DNA of 63,837 nt, from NCBI GenBank assembly GCA_013239625.1, contig MU057102.1:1699432-1763268 (forward strand), read 5' to 3'. The first letter of the stretch is position 1. Every line of letters starts with the position of its first letter. The notes beneath the pieces were generated by a model, which saw only the letters and a program-made list of their open reading frames with translations, had not been told where the DNA came from and did no database searches. The position numbers were made by a program, and so were the translations under genes. This document shows, piece by piece, positions 1-11,700 of the stretch. The DNA is from Lama guanicoe (taxonomy: Eukaryota).

Positions 1-1469
1 GAGAACTCAGTGACTGAACCAGGACCCTGGGACGAGGCCACGGCCCACGGGTCCACAGTGACCTGCGTTCCAGCGGGGAGCCCAAGGCGAGACGCTGGGA
101 TGGGGTCCAGGTAGGCGGAGTGGACCAGGCAGCAGGCCCCAGACCCTCCCTGCTCTGGGCCTCAGTTTCCCCGGGTATGAAGCAATGCTGCTGCCCGCCT
201 GAGCTGCTGGGGACCCTGGAGCAGAGAGAGAGCTACGGTACCACTGCAATCTGGAAGCCACAGCCCAGCCCACTCTCCGTGGGCTCACCCACACAGCCAG
301 CCTGGGCCCGCCTTCAGCCAGGCCTGCCTCAGAGGCCGGTGTGGATCTGGTCTCACCCCCGCCTCTGTCGGACCCCGGTATGGGGGCCTGTGCACGGGGG
401 GCTGCCCAGCACCTCCAGGCTTGGCCCTCAGCCCTGAGTCTGCGCCCAAACCAAACTCTGAAGTTTTGCTAGAAATCTCAAAGGTCAGTTGTTCTCATGT
501 TTCCAGAATTCATTGATTTTGTCTGGGTTGGAAAGGGAACACAAAGGCTTTTATTGGTCATTTCTGAGCTGCATCAGGGGAGCCGGGAGAGGTGGCACTG
601 CCACCCCGGCCCACCCCAGGGACCTGCAGGCCAACATCGGGCCCGTGCCACATCGAGGGGCCGCCTGCCCCAGACATTCCCTCCTCATCCCAACGCATTG
701 TCCTCACGTGCCCGCGTCCTGCTGTGTCGTTGATAACGCACCGGCCCCCCCATCATTTCCCCAGTCTTCGTGGGGGAGCTGCATGCCTCTGCCCAACTCC
801 CTCCCTGAGCTGCAGAGGCGAGCGCACAGCAAACCCGGACACCGCGGGGCTCGCACCCTGGTCGCCCCATCAAGCCTCTCCACACTCCCGAGGGCCTGAC
901 TCCCTGGAGTAGCGGAGGCTCAGGACGTCCTGGTCCTGCTGGGAAGAGGCCGGTAGAAATGAGGAAATGGGGCCGAGGGGTGCGGGCAGGGAGCTCGCCG
1001 GAAGCTGGCCTTCCCCTAACTAGAACCCTGAGGTGTCTCTCACTCACTCGCTCACTCGCTCACTCGCTCTTTCATTTACTCATCTTTTATCACTGGTCCT
1101 TCTCTCCGGGTGTGCCTGCTCGTGGCAGCAGGCCAGACCCCTCCTCACAAGGAGCTGCCTTGAGCCTGCGGCCCCCAGACCTGGCCAGGGCCTGGCACGT
1201 CACAGGTGCTCAGTAAACGCTGGCTGGATCCCGGAGGAGACGGGAGGGGGCAAGTGGATGTGACCCTCTGGGTCCCCCTCTTCTTCGGAGTCTCAGTGAT
1301 GGGCCAGGCCCGGATGAGGGGAGCTCCTCGTCACGGGAGGTGAGCAGGAGGGCCTGGAAACCACCTGCCGGGGGCGCCGCGGGAACAGCTGCGACGTTTG
1401 GACCTGCACAGACGTGGCTTCCCGGAGCTCTCCTCCCGGGCTGGGAGCAGCAAGCACAGCACAGGCCCA

Positions 1470-1690
1470 GGCTCAGAACAGTCCAATCAGACAGACAGAG
1501 GTCGTCAGGTGGCACCGGCACCGCGGGGAAGGGGACAGGGCTTCAGCTTTACCCGATGAAAACGGTTATGGGGATGGATGTGGTGACGGCTGCACAGCAA
1601 TGTGAACGCCCTTAATGCCACGGAACTGCCACTGACAGATGGCTACGACGGGACATTACGCGCCAGGTGGATTTTACCACACTTGAAAGT
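1470..1690 (+). mobile_element. Old L1 (L1MB/MC-type) 3' end fragment, GC-drifted
   Basis: ggtgacggctgcacagcaatgtgaacgcccttaatgccacggaactg...ttttaccacac resembles the L1M 3' terminus as recalled. Confidence 0.75.
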
Positions 1691-4194
1691 CGATGCTGGG
1701 CGCGCCGGGGTCCTCAGAAGCGTGGCCGCTAAGCCCGAGATCCGCCACGAGGAGACCGCAGGCGTCGGCCCCGGCGCCTTCGCACAGGGATTAAGCGAAG
1801 ACCGTTTGCTGGGGGCCATCTCGTGCCTTTGTGCGGTGGTGGCTGTCCGGGGACCGCCCCCTGAGCAGGAGAAGCCACATGTCTGCGCGGGGGACACGGC
1901 AGGGAGGACGTTTCAGGGCTGTGCGGGGCGCAGTCTCCCTCCGTCAGAAGCAGGGGAGGGGGCCGTTCCCGCTGCTGCCTGGTGGCCCCGCCAGGATGCC
2001 AGGCTCTGACACGGCACCCGCTCCTCCCAGCTGGGGTCTGTCCCTGGGAGGAGCTGGGGTTAGCAGCGCAGTGGGGGCCCGTGTCAGGGTCTGGAGCTTC
2101 CGAGACGGGGACTGTGTGGGACTGTGTGGGCCCCACCTGCGCAGCTGGGGCCCAGCCTCCAGCAGCTCTAGCCTTGACCCAGGGACAAGCAGAGTCTTGG
2201 CCTCAGTGCAGAGAGGAATCAGCGTGGGGAGCTGAGGCGAGGGGCCCAGCCCTGAGGCGTGTCCCTCCAGGACAGGGATCAGGTCCTGCATCGGTGGCAG
2301 CCCTGCCACCCGGGACCCACCAGTGTGGTCTCAGGAAGAACTTTCTCCAGGCAAAGCAGGTGCAAAGACAGACCAGAGGCCGGCCAGGCCTTTCATCACA
2401 TGAGGAAGAACTCACTACTCCCAGGGGCGCAGACCCCTGCCCTCGAGGGGTGCGTGGGCTGGGGGAGCAGGAAGGGAGCTCCTGCAGGACATCTGAGGCC
2501 TGTGCAGCAGCTGCCCAGACAGCCTGCTGCTGCCCACGGGCCAGGGGGCTTCAAGAAGAAAGTGGCCAAGCAGGGCCCCCACCCCAGGGCTGCCTCACAT
2601 CCACGCACTGCCCGAGGGCCTCCTGGCCAGACACCTGACATTTCTGGGCAGAATCTTCCCCATCCCCACCTTCTGTCCATGTGGTCAGGTGGGCTGATCC
2701 CCTCCCTGGCTTCTGGGCTGTGTGTGGGATCTGACCTAGGACCCAGCTTCCTGGGGCTGCTGAGCTGGGAGGGCGTCCCGCCACCAGGTGGGGCATGGGG
2801 GGACACTCTGGGGAGAAAGCAGGCAAGCAGAGAGGGGGTGAGAAGACACAGACCTGGTGATATTCACACTTGGATGCAGCTGGGCCCCCCGACCCCCGGC
2901 AGTGTTTGTCTGACTGTGGGTGATGTTTTGAATGGGTTTTACCCTGGTCTCTGGGGAAGGGGTGCTATTTTGCCCCCCACCACTCACCTTCTAACGCTCT
3001 CTCCTCAACCCCACCCCCACCCTATGAGCACCAGAGACCTGCAGAAAACGCCGGCTGAGTCACGGCTCATACAGAAATCTTGTTTCCCAGCTGGCAGTCA
3101 TCCACGTGTCCACCAGGTCCCAGTGTGGCCCCGGAAGGATCGGTGTCACCAGTCCCTCATCCCTGAGCTCCCCCTGTGCCTGAGAAACCCCATCGCTGAG
3201 TCCCAACTCTGAGCCACGGGCAAAATGCGTCTTGGGGATGTGGAATTGTGGGACCCCCAAGTCAGCAGCCCAAGTGAGTCAGCAGCCCGGCTGGGACCTG
3301 GGAGACGGGGGATCCAGGGAAGGGGCGCCTCCTGCTTCCTGAGCAGGTCACCCCCAGGGGCAGGGATCCTGGCACCCCTTACACAGGACCACCGGCCCTG
3401 CCATCGGGTTCCAACCCCAACTTCAGCATCAAGCATCCTGTGCCAGCCCCCATTTGCTCAAGTCAGCCTCTCTGGGTCCTGGGGGTGTGGTTGGTCCCTG
3501 TGCCGCCAGCAGGCGGTTGGAGCTGAAGAAACACCCCTGTTGGAGAGTCTCATTCAGGGAGCTGAAGGAAGGTACTGAGGTCACACAGCAGGAGGTGACA
3601 GTCAGGGCTTGAGCTCCATCCCTGAGTACAGGCCGTCCCATGCCCCTGGCCTCTGTCCCCAGCCGAGCTGGGTGGGGACCAGAAAGAGACTAGCCCTTAT
3701 GGACGTTGGTGGCCACCGGGGGACATGTGCAGCAGCCCCGCCCTGGCTCCCCAGGAGCAGAAAGGGCCCCACCTTCCCGCCAGCTCTCCTGGCTTCCGCC
3801 CGGCCGCGGAGTCTCCCCGCTTCACTCGCTGATGGGAGATAAGAGCCCGGCTCTCGCTGGAGCCTCAAGGACAAGCTAGTAGTTTTCCATCATTACAGCA
3901 AATGATGGGCCTCCAGGAGTCCAGAGAGGCCTGGACGGTCCTTCCGTCCTCCTGGGCTCTGAGCAAGCTGGCCGGGGTGGGGCACCTTTCCAGAACCCTC
4001 GGGAGCCAGTCTCCCCCACCATGCGCGAGCCCTGTGGGCCAGCCAGCCAGCCTCCTCCACTACGTGCCCATCCACAGGATCATCCTCGCCCCGGGCAGGG
4101 CGCTGGCCACTTTGCATCGCTCTCTGCCACCCAGACCTGGTCAGGTCCCAGCCTCCCTGCTGGAGCCACATCCACACCTCCACTGACAGGTGGG

Positions 4195-4510
4195 CAACCA
4201 GCACCTGATGCCCAAGGGGCATGTGGGAACTCTGTACTGTCTGATCGGTTGTGCTGTGAACCTAAAACTGCTCTAAAATTTAAAATCTGTTCCTAAAAAC
4301 TCATGTAAATGGAGCCCTCGAGCATGTGGCCTTTGAGTGAGGCTTCCTTCACCTACGCAGCGCGTTTGAGACGTCCTGGCTCGCTCCTTGGTCCCTCTGA
4401 GTGGTTTTCCGCTGCCTGGATGCACCGCAGTATATTTACCCAGCGGGTGGATTTTTGAATTGTTTCCAGTCTTTTGACCATCATGAATAAAGCTGTTGTA
4501 AACATTTTTT
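4195..4510. mobile_element. Old L1 fragments (plus-strand 3' tail followed by a minus-strand ORF2-end fragment)
   Basis: gggaactctgtactgtct...gaacctaaaactgctctaaaa tail; minus-strand translation KMFTTALFMMVKRLETIQ resembles the L1 ORF2 C-terminal motif MFIAALFTIAK. Confidence 0.7.
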
Positions 4511-4799
4511 TAACTGCCCAGGGGTCACAGAGGTGGCAGGCTGGAGAGTCCAGCTCCACACAGAGGGGTCAGTTCCTGAGCCCCCTCCCCACCCCCTCAG
4601 GCTGCTGTGTGGGCTGAGAGCAGCCGTCCAGGGAGCCCAGGCCCCGCTGGGGGCTGACCGAGCACCGGGCGTTCTTCCAGAACTTTCTGTGGATCCCGGG
4701 ACACAGGCGCTAGACGGTCCTTGGGCTCAAGTCGGGAAACCCAGCCAGGAGAGTGAGGACGCGTGGCCATGTGTGCGGCCTGGATGTGGTCACAGGAGG

Positions 4800-5172
4800 T
4801 GTCACAGGCTGAGCTGCATCCCACCAAGTTCATATGTAGAAGCCCCAGCCCCCAGCCCCTCAGAACACGACTGCCTGTGGAGAGGAGGCCTTGCCAGAGG
4901 TAGTTAAGGTAAAACGAGCTCTTCAGGGTGAGCCCCACCGATCTGCCTGATGTCCCGATACGAAGAGGAGGTCAGGGCACAGAGAGGGACGACCACGTGA
5001 GGACGCACGGAGAGGAGGCCGTCTACAGCCCGGGAGAGAGGCCTCAGGAGAAGCCCACCCCGCGGACCCCCTGAGCTCAGACTGGCAGCCTCTAGGCCGG
5101 GGAGGGGCACGGCTCAGCTGTGCGGGCCCTCATCTGTGGTACCGTGCTACGCGGCCCCGCGACACCGACTCA
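4800..5172 (+). mobile_element. MaLR LTR (MLT1A/B-like)
   Basis: ttcatatgtagaagccc...ggtagttaaggtaaaa...gaccacgtgaggac...gaggcctcaggaga...cagcctctag layout typical of MLT1. Confidence 0.75.
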
Positions 5173-5483
5173 GGGCTAACCCAGAGCCCCTGCTCCAGCT
5201 GCCCAGCTACAGATGAGACTGTGGCCCAAGGGGACACGCCGAGGGGAGGCTGCTCTGCCCGCCTCCCCCGCCCCTCCGCTTGCCCCAGGGTCAGGGCGCT
5301 GGCAGACAGCACACCACAGTTCACAACATTTTATTTGCTCGTGTGGGTTTGTGGCCACTGCCTGTCCTCCCCAGAGGCTGCAGATTCCACGGGGCAGGGC
5401 TGTTTCTCTGTTTTGCTAACCTGGTGCCTGATGAGCTGGGGGTTTTCAATGGATGTTTTTAAAGGCATGATTATCAGAGATCC

Positions 5484-5626
5484 GGAGGGTACAGCTCAGG
5501 GGTAGAGCGCCCGCTTAGCAGGCATAAGGCCCTGAGTTCAATCCCCAGTGCCTCCATTAAAATAAATAAATAAACCTAATTTCCTCCCTCCAAAAATAAA
5601 AAGTAAATTTAAAAAATTTTTTTAAA
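5484..5626 (+). mobile_element. tRNA-derived SINE (camelid vic-1-like)
   Basis: GGAGGGTACAGCTCAGGGGTAGAGC (A box), GAGTTCAATCCCCAG (B box), then an AATAAATAAACCTAAT..CCTCCC A-rich tail; homologous to the copy at 35124. Confidence 0.85.
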
Positions 5627-8604
5627 TCATGAAAAAAGGTCATCAGTGTATTTTTTTTTTTTTGCCATAATGACAACAGTAATTGTAGGAGGGCATTAAA
5701 TTCTTGTAGGCCCTCGTTGTTCTGTTTCCCCCACGTGTGCAGCGGATGCTGCGTAAATGCTGCGTAAATGCTTCCTGAAGGAGTGAAATGCATGCCCAGA
5801 TGGGCCAGTGAAAGAACAAATGAACGAATGAATGAGTGCTCTGACCTCAGCCAGAGCACAGAGGCGGAGGTGACTGCGGCACCTCACAGATCTGGGTCAT
5901 TTGAGACAGTCTCGCTGGAACTAGTGTCAGACCTGGATGTTCTGTCGTCTTCAGAGAAAAGCCCCGTAAGGCTCCCACCGTGTGACCAGCGCCAGCCCAC
6001 CGGGCCCTGAGCTTGGGGGCCCCCAAAGGGCTGAGCTGGGCAGGGGGCATCAACGCTCTGCGGCCCCGTCTTGAAAGTTTTAACAATCATCTTTGACATG
6101 TGTGAAATCTGCTGGGGTCACGGAGGCTCCGGGCGCTGTGGGCCCCCCTCCCCTGGTCTCCCTAGGAGGGGCTCTAGGCTGCCAGCTCGCCGCCCCCACC
6201 CTGCCACCCTCCACCCCTGGAGGGGCTCTGGATGGGGACACCAGGAGGGTCAGCATCCAGCAGCACCTCAGGGTGGGCAAGGTGTGGTCACCCTGCCCCA
6301 GGTGGCTCCTGCCTGCCCCGATCCAGGCACCGAGCACACAAAACTTTGACGTCCCAATTCCTTGAGAGGTGGCCTCCCCACTGCCAGCCCGGGCCACCCA
6401 TCAGTATTTTGTGCCAAACCCGCAAATTATGTAGTCAGTTCTGCCTCCTGGTGAGTCCATCTCTGACCCCCAGGGAACCCCAGCTCAGGGCTTCCTCAGG
6501 GCTCTCGGTCACCTGTCCCCTCCTGCTGGTCAGCTGTCTGGCGTTGAGCCTGTTGACAGACAAGCCAGCTCCTCCCCAAGGTCACGACCCTGGTCTCCCG
6601 ACAGACTGCGTGCTCCATGGTGGTTTTGTGGGAGGTAGCGCCGTGGGCTCTGCCCTGCTTTCCAGGCCAGCTCCAGCCACCGCGTGGGCACAAACACAGG
6701 GGTAAAGAAAGCAGGTGGGGAGGGAGGGGGAGACGTGTGCAGGTTTGGCTGACTTTCTGCTAGCCCACGAGATCCCCTTGGGACTTCATCCTAAGGTCTG
6801 GGGTGGAAAGTTCAGGGAGGCAGATTCCCCCTGAAATGGAAAACTCCCCAGATGGACAGCCCATTAAATGGAAAACTCCTGAAAGTCAGGGCAGTGCTTA
6901 CAAGGACTGGGTTGTCTCAGGGAAGCAGTAAGGGGCACGTCACTGGAGGCATGTAGGAGGGAGGGGACCAGCGACCCCTGGTGGGGAGACTGGGGGCTGG
7001 GACGTGGGACCCTAGATTCCTATGCTGTTCTGCCCTCGTCCTCCTGCTGTGGCTTCACGCCCCCAGACTCGGAGGGCACAGTAAAGTTCAGGCAGGCTGC
7101 CCCTCCAAGCCCCACTGTGCTCACCTCTGTGAAATTCTGATTATTTAGGGAGCCGACAAGGGCAGCTGGGAGGACCACCCCTGGACTCTGCCCCTGAGTG
7201 GATGGGTAGCCACAGACCAGTGCTTGATACTCTCTGAGCCTCAGTTTCCCCAGCAGTAAAATGGATCCAGGTGGTCTCTGAATGCTTTGAGCTCCCTGGA
7301 AGAGGCCAGTGGCCCATCCAGAACACCCTCTCCTGTCCTCCAGTCCTGGGACAGGACTGGAGCCCCTGTCATCAGGCTGTCCAGGGCCCCTCCCAGCTGC
7401 CGAGGGGCTGATCCCACCACCGGAGATGAGGGCCTGTGAACCTGCCACCCCCAGCCCTGTACCCAGGGCTCCTGAGGCCCCTCCCCACCCGCAGTGGCCA
7501 GTGCCCCCGGAGCCCAGTGGGAAGCTCTGTGGGAACTGCCTGGCCAAGCACAGGCCCTCGACTCCTGGGCGGTACAGTTGTCACGAGGGTCTCTGGGTCC
7601 TCACTGGCTCTCCACAGAAGCCGTGGGAGGTAAGAGGGTAGACACTGTGGCATGGGCCCACTTTCCAGAGAAAGAAACTGAGGCTCAGGGGTCACACAGT
7701 TCAATCAAGTTCCAAGATCAATCGGCGCCCCGAGGAGGATGATGTCACATTGCGTGCTCAGCCTCAGACCTCCCAGGGACACCTACCCTGCTCTGGGCAC
7801 TGCAGCGATCGACCTGAGGTCATCTCTCATAAAGATGTGTCCGTGGGACCAGACCCAGAACGACAGCCCTGGGCAACCAGGCATTGTTGATCAACTGTCA
7901 CTTCCTGCCACGCCAGGCATGTTTGCAAGTCACCCACGCCTGTGATGGGCAGGCCCCACCCCCACCCCGGCCGCGAGGCCTGGGGCCGGCCGCTTACTGA
8001 GCGAGAGTCACTGCGTTGCTTTGCCTCCTACTTGAATCCTTGTGGAAGCAACAACAACAATCCGATTTCGAGTAACAGCTTCATCTGAACCAATTAAAAG
8101 AGGACTGAGTTGGCTTTCAACTCGATTTGCGATGGCAGCACACTCGAGGAAGCGGGTAGCTAACTTATTTTCGACCACAAACATTTTGGCATTTTCTATC
8201 CTGGGTGGGGCGGTCTTTAAAAGTGGCTTGATCTCTTGGAATCTTTTCTCAGACGACAGAGCGAAAAACAAAGCCAGCGCCTTGTTCACAACACCAGGGG
8301 GTGCGGATGTGGTGGTTCTTACGTAGCAGCTGAGGTTCCAGGGGGGAATTACGTCAGAAATAAGGCAGCGTGGTCAGAGATGTGCTGTTCCTGGGCTCTG
8401 TCTGACCCTGTCGGCTTAACGCTTAATCTCAAGGCTGTTCATGGTGGAAAAGTGATGCAGAAGAACCCGGAAGACTTGGTTTTCTCATACGTAAAATGAG
8501 GCTGATTAACATCTGTGTGGAGGGCTTGCTGGGGACTCAGCAAGGTGGGGCCAGTAATGCGAATAGCATCTGGCTACGAGGCAGCTTCTCATCACATCAG
8601 CCCC

Positions 8605-8732
8605 TCTCTGGAGCTCAGTTTTCTCATCCGTAAAGTGGGACTAGCCACCCACACTGGCAGAATCGTGAGAAGGAAACACTCAGAGCGCCGTCCCCAGGCT
8701 GGCACGCGGAAGGCACACAACAAACACTAGTT
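8605..8732 (+). mobile_element. MIR SINE fragment
   Basis: ctcagttttctcatccgtaaagtggg core followed by ctggcacgcggaaggcacacaacaaa tail. Confidence 0.65.
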
Positions 8733-11700
8733 GCCGGGCTCACAATCACGTCTGTTCTGTGTGATTATTCCCCATCACGACTCGCCTCTCTGGGCCTCTC
8801 TGTAGGATGGGGAGGGGGCGACTGCTCTGGACCACCCTTGGGGTAAATTCCACCCAGAGCTCTTCGAGGTATCCAGCCAGACTCCTGAAAGCCACATGGA
8901 GAGCCTTTTGTTTTCATAGATGCTGCACAGTCCGTTAGGAGCTAATTAAATGAGAGGGACAGCCCACCCACCAATATTTGAACAGATGGCTGCAGCAGCT
9001 GGGCCCGCACATGCAGCGGGAGATCCCCACGCCCCGAGCCCGGCCCGCGGGCCACGGCCCCCAGCTGCCACCAGCACTCCTGACTTGGCTGCTCAAAGTT
9101 TCCTCCCAACAGCCTGAAAGCCAGTCGCAGGGCATCCGCAGTGGGCACGCCCTGGACGGCTCTCAGGTTTGCTGTCCAGAGATGACCTCTGGGGGCTTCT
9201 CTGTGGGAGAAGGAGGATAGCCCTGCATCCCCGAGGGAGGCCTGCTCTGCTGGCCAGGAAGACACATTGTCTCCGTGCTCGGAGTCGCTCTGTCCCCCAA
9301 GCCCCACCCCACCCTCCACCCCTGCATTGGGGGCAGGGGGCAGTGCCTGGCCAGCCTTGGGGACCTGCAGCTGGGGAGGGCAGGGATGGAGGCTCCAAAA
9401 GGCTTTCGGGTGTGAGCCTGGCTGGCCCTATGAGAGACACTTGCATAAAGACAGGAAAGGTGCTCCTGGCAGAGGGCGGAGCATGAGGTGGGTGCGCACA
9501 GGCCTGAGGGCCCTTAGAGCCCGGGCTTGACCCCAGGCTGTGGGGGGTGGGAGGGGCTGCAGGGGCTTGTGCCAGGCAGGCTTTGCAGCCCCTAAGGCTC
9601 ATTCTGGCACCAGGACATGGAGACTGCAGACAGGCCCCAGTCTTGGACACCAGGCAGGCCCCTCTCCTGTGACTGCCCTGCCCCTCAGGCTCACAGTTCT
9701 GCAGCTCCAAGTCAGGGAGGTACCGCCCTGAGGGTTGGTGGGATGAATGGGAAATGGCCTTATCTGGTGCAGCTAGTGAGGGACGCTGGACCCCGGGGGC
9801 TGAGAACTGGCCATTCCCCCACCCCAACAGGCACTATGGTGTGAATGATCTCCCAGGGTTCTGCGTGGTCTCCAGAGCCCCCACCCCTAGAGGCAGTCTC
9901 CCCAGAGTCACAGAGGCCTGTGGGATGGCGCCCGGCCTGGGCAGTCTTTGCGGTGGTTTCACAGAGGCCAACAGGTGGGTCTCAGCTCTTCCTATCAACT
10001 TAGCAGCAGACAGCAGGGCACACCTGTTTCCTTTTTCCCCATCACTGCCAGGCAGCTCGCGGCACATTTTGTGCTCAGCCACCAGAGCGGAGGCCCTTCA
10101 ACAGGGCCTTCCAGGCCAGCGCTTCCACTCCACCCTGCATGGTGATCCCTTATCTTGACATAATGACCCCATTGTGCCCGAGGCTTTCACTGGGAACAAA
10201 TTCTTTTGGCAGGAAAGAAACACATTTTGTCCCCAGGGATTTCCTTTGGCCCAGGGTTGGCAGTTGACTGCTCCCTGGGCAGATTTCACAGACACTGTGC
10301 CCCGCCACCTGGAGGTCACAGACCGTCTCATATGCGTGTCCCCACCCAGCCAGGAGAGGGTGTGCACCATTTACAGATGGTGGGACGTGGGGCTGGGGTC
10401 ACGTGGGGAGTGGACCCAGGGCGCCTGCTGGGGTCCCCTTCAGGCTGATGGGGTGCTTCTACCGCCCACACCCTTCACCCTCCTCGGCCCCAACTCAGCT
10501 ACATGTGACGCTTTCAGTAGTCCAGCTGGTCAACATGAAGCTGACCTTCCGAGATGGGCAGGGCTGGGGGCATGCTGCGGCCTCCTGGCCCCCCCCCCAG
10601 CAGACTCAGAGCAGGGACTCCGGGTCCACAAGGTGGGATGCCTCGCCTAGGTCCCCTCTTCTCTACACAGCTCCGATGAGCTGGCCTCCTACTAACTCAC
10701 ACCCCCCGTCCCTGTGAAGCCCACCTGCATCCACATAATGCCCCATGGATGGCCCCTGGCAAGCAGAGAAGGCACCCATCACTGCCCAGGGACAGCCACA
10801 GGCTGACACGCAGCACAGCCAGGGGCCCCGGAGCCCACAGGGGCCCGGCTGGGCGCAGGGCGCCTTCAGCCGGGCTGCCTGCCGCCTCCCCTCTGCCGGG
10901 TTCAGCTCAGCAAAGCGCCACAGCTGCCCAGCCAGACTCAAGATGGGCCTGCAGGCGCCCAGTGTTTTGATCTGAGGCTGCACTGGAATATTTGAGCCCT
11001 GCCGACGGATGTGATATAAAAATACAGCCGGCTGCCAGCACAGCCGGGAAGGATGGCTTCCTCGCCAGCAGGTGCCTCGGCAACCAGTTCTCTCCCATCC
11101 TCAGCCCCCACCCCCGGAGCCGGGGGCAGGAGCCAAAGACTGGAGCTGCTCTTCTAAAGTGTTAGCAATTCTGCCTGCTCCAAGTGAGTGGTTTTTTTTC
11201 TTTTAATTGCATACTGAGCTGTAACGGAATATTTGGATGATTCTTCTCCCCCTTTTCCACAAACTCGGCAGTTGAATTAAGACATAGGAGTTAATTTAAA
11301 TGAACGTCTGTCTACGCACGTCCCAACGGCTGCACGAGCAGTGGGCTGGAGCTGGGTACAGCACTGAAGCCAACCCCCGTCAGGGCTCTGCCCTCCTTGA
11401 TCTCGTTGTGGGTGCTTTTTTATTTTGCCTGAAATCTCCCAGGAGCCCAAGGGGCATCCCAGGGCAGGAAGGCGGTTGTGTGCAATGCTTCTCCAGCGCG
11501 GGGCCCAGGCTCGCCGAGCTCGGAGGGCACTGGCGCCAGAGGGCTTGGGGCAGGACTCTCCGGAGCTGGCTGTTTCTGGGCTCATGCCCGGCTCTGCCCT
11601 CCCGCACACCTGTGGGTCCCGGGCCTCAGTTGCCCCAGCCACAGATGAGCTCGGCACCAGGGCGCAGACAGGAGGATGCTATACGAGAGGAGAGCCCTGC

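Noticed and set aside
5484-5560. tRNA gene (also at 35124-35200)
   Set aside because: A and B boxes are present, but the acceptor stem is degenerate and an A-rich tail follows, with a TSD at the second copy. These are SINEs.
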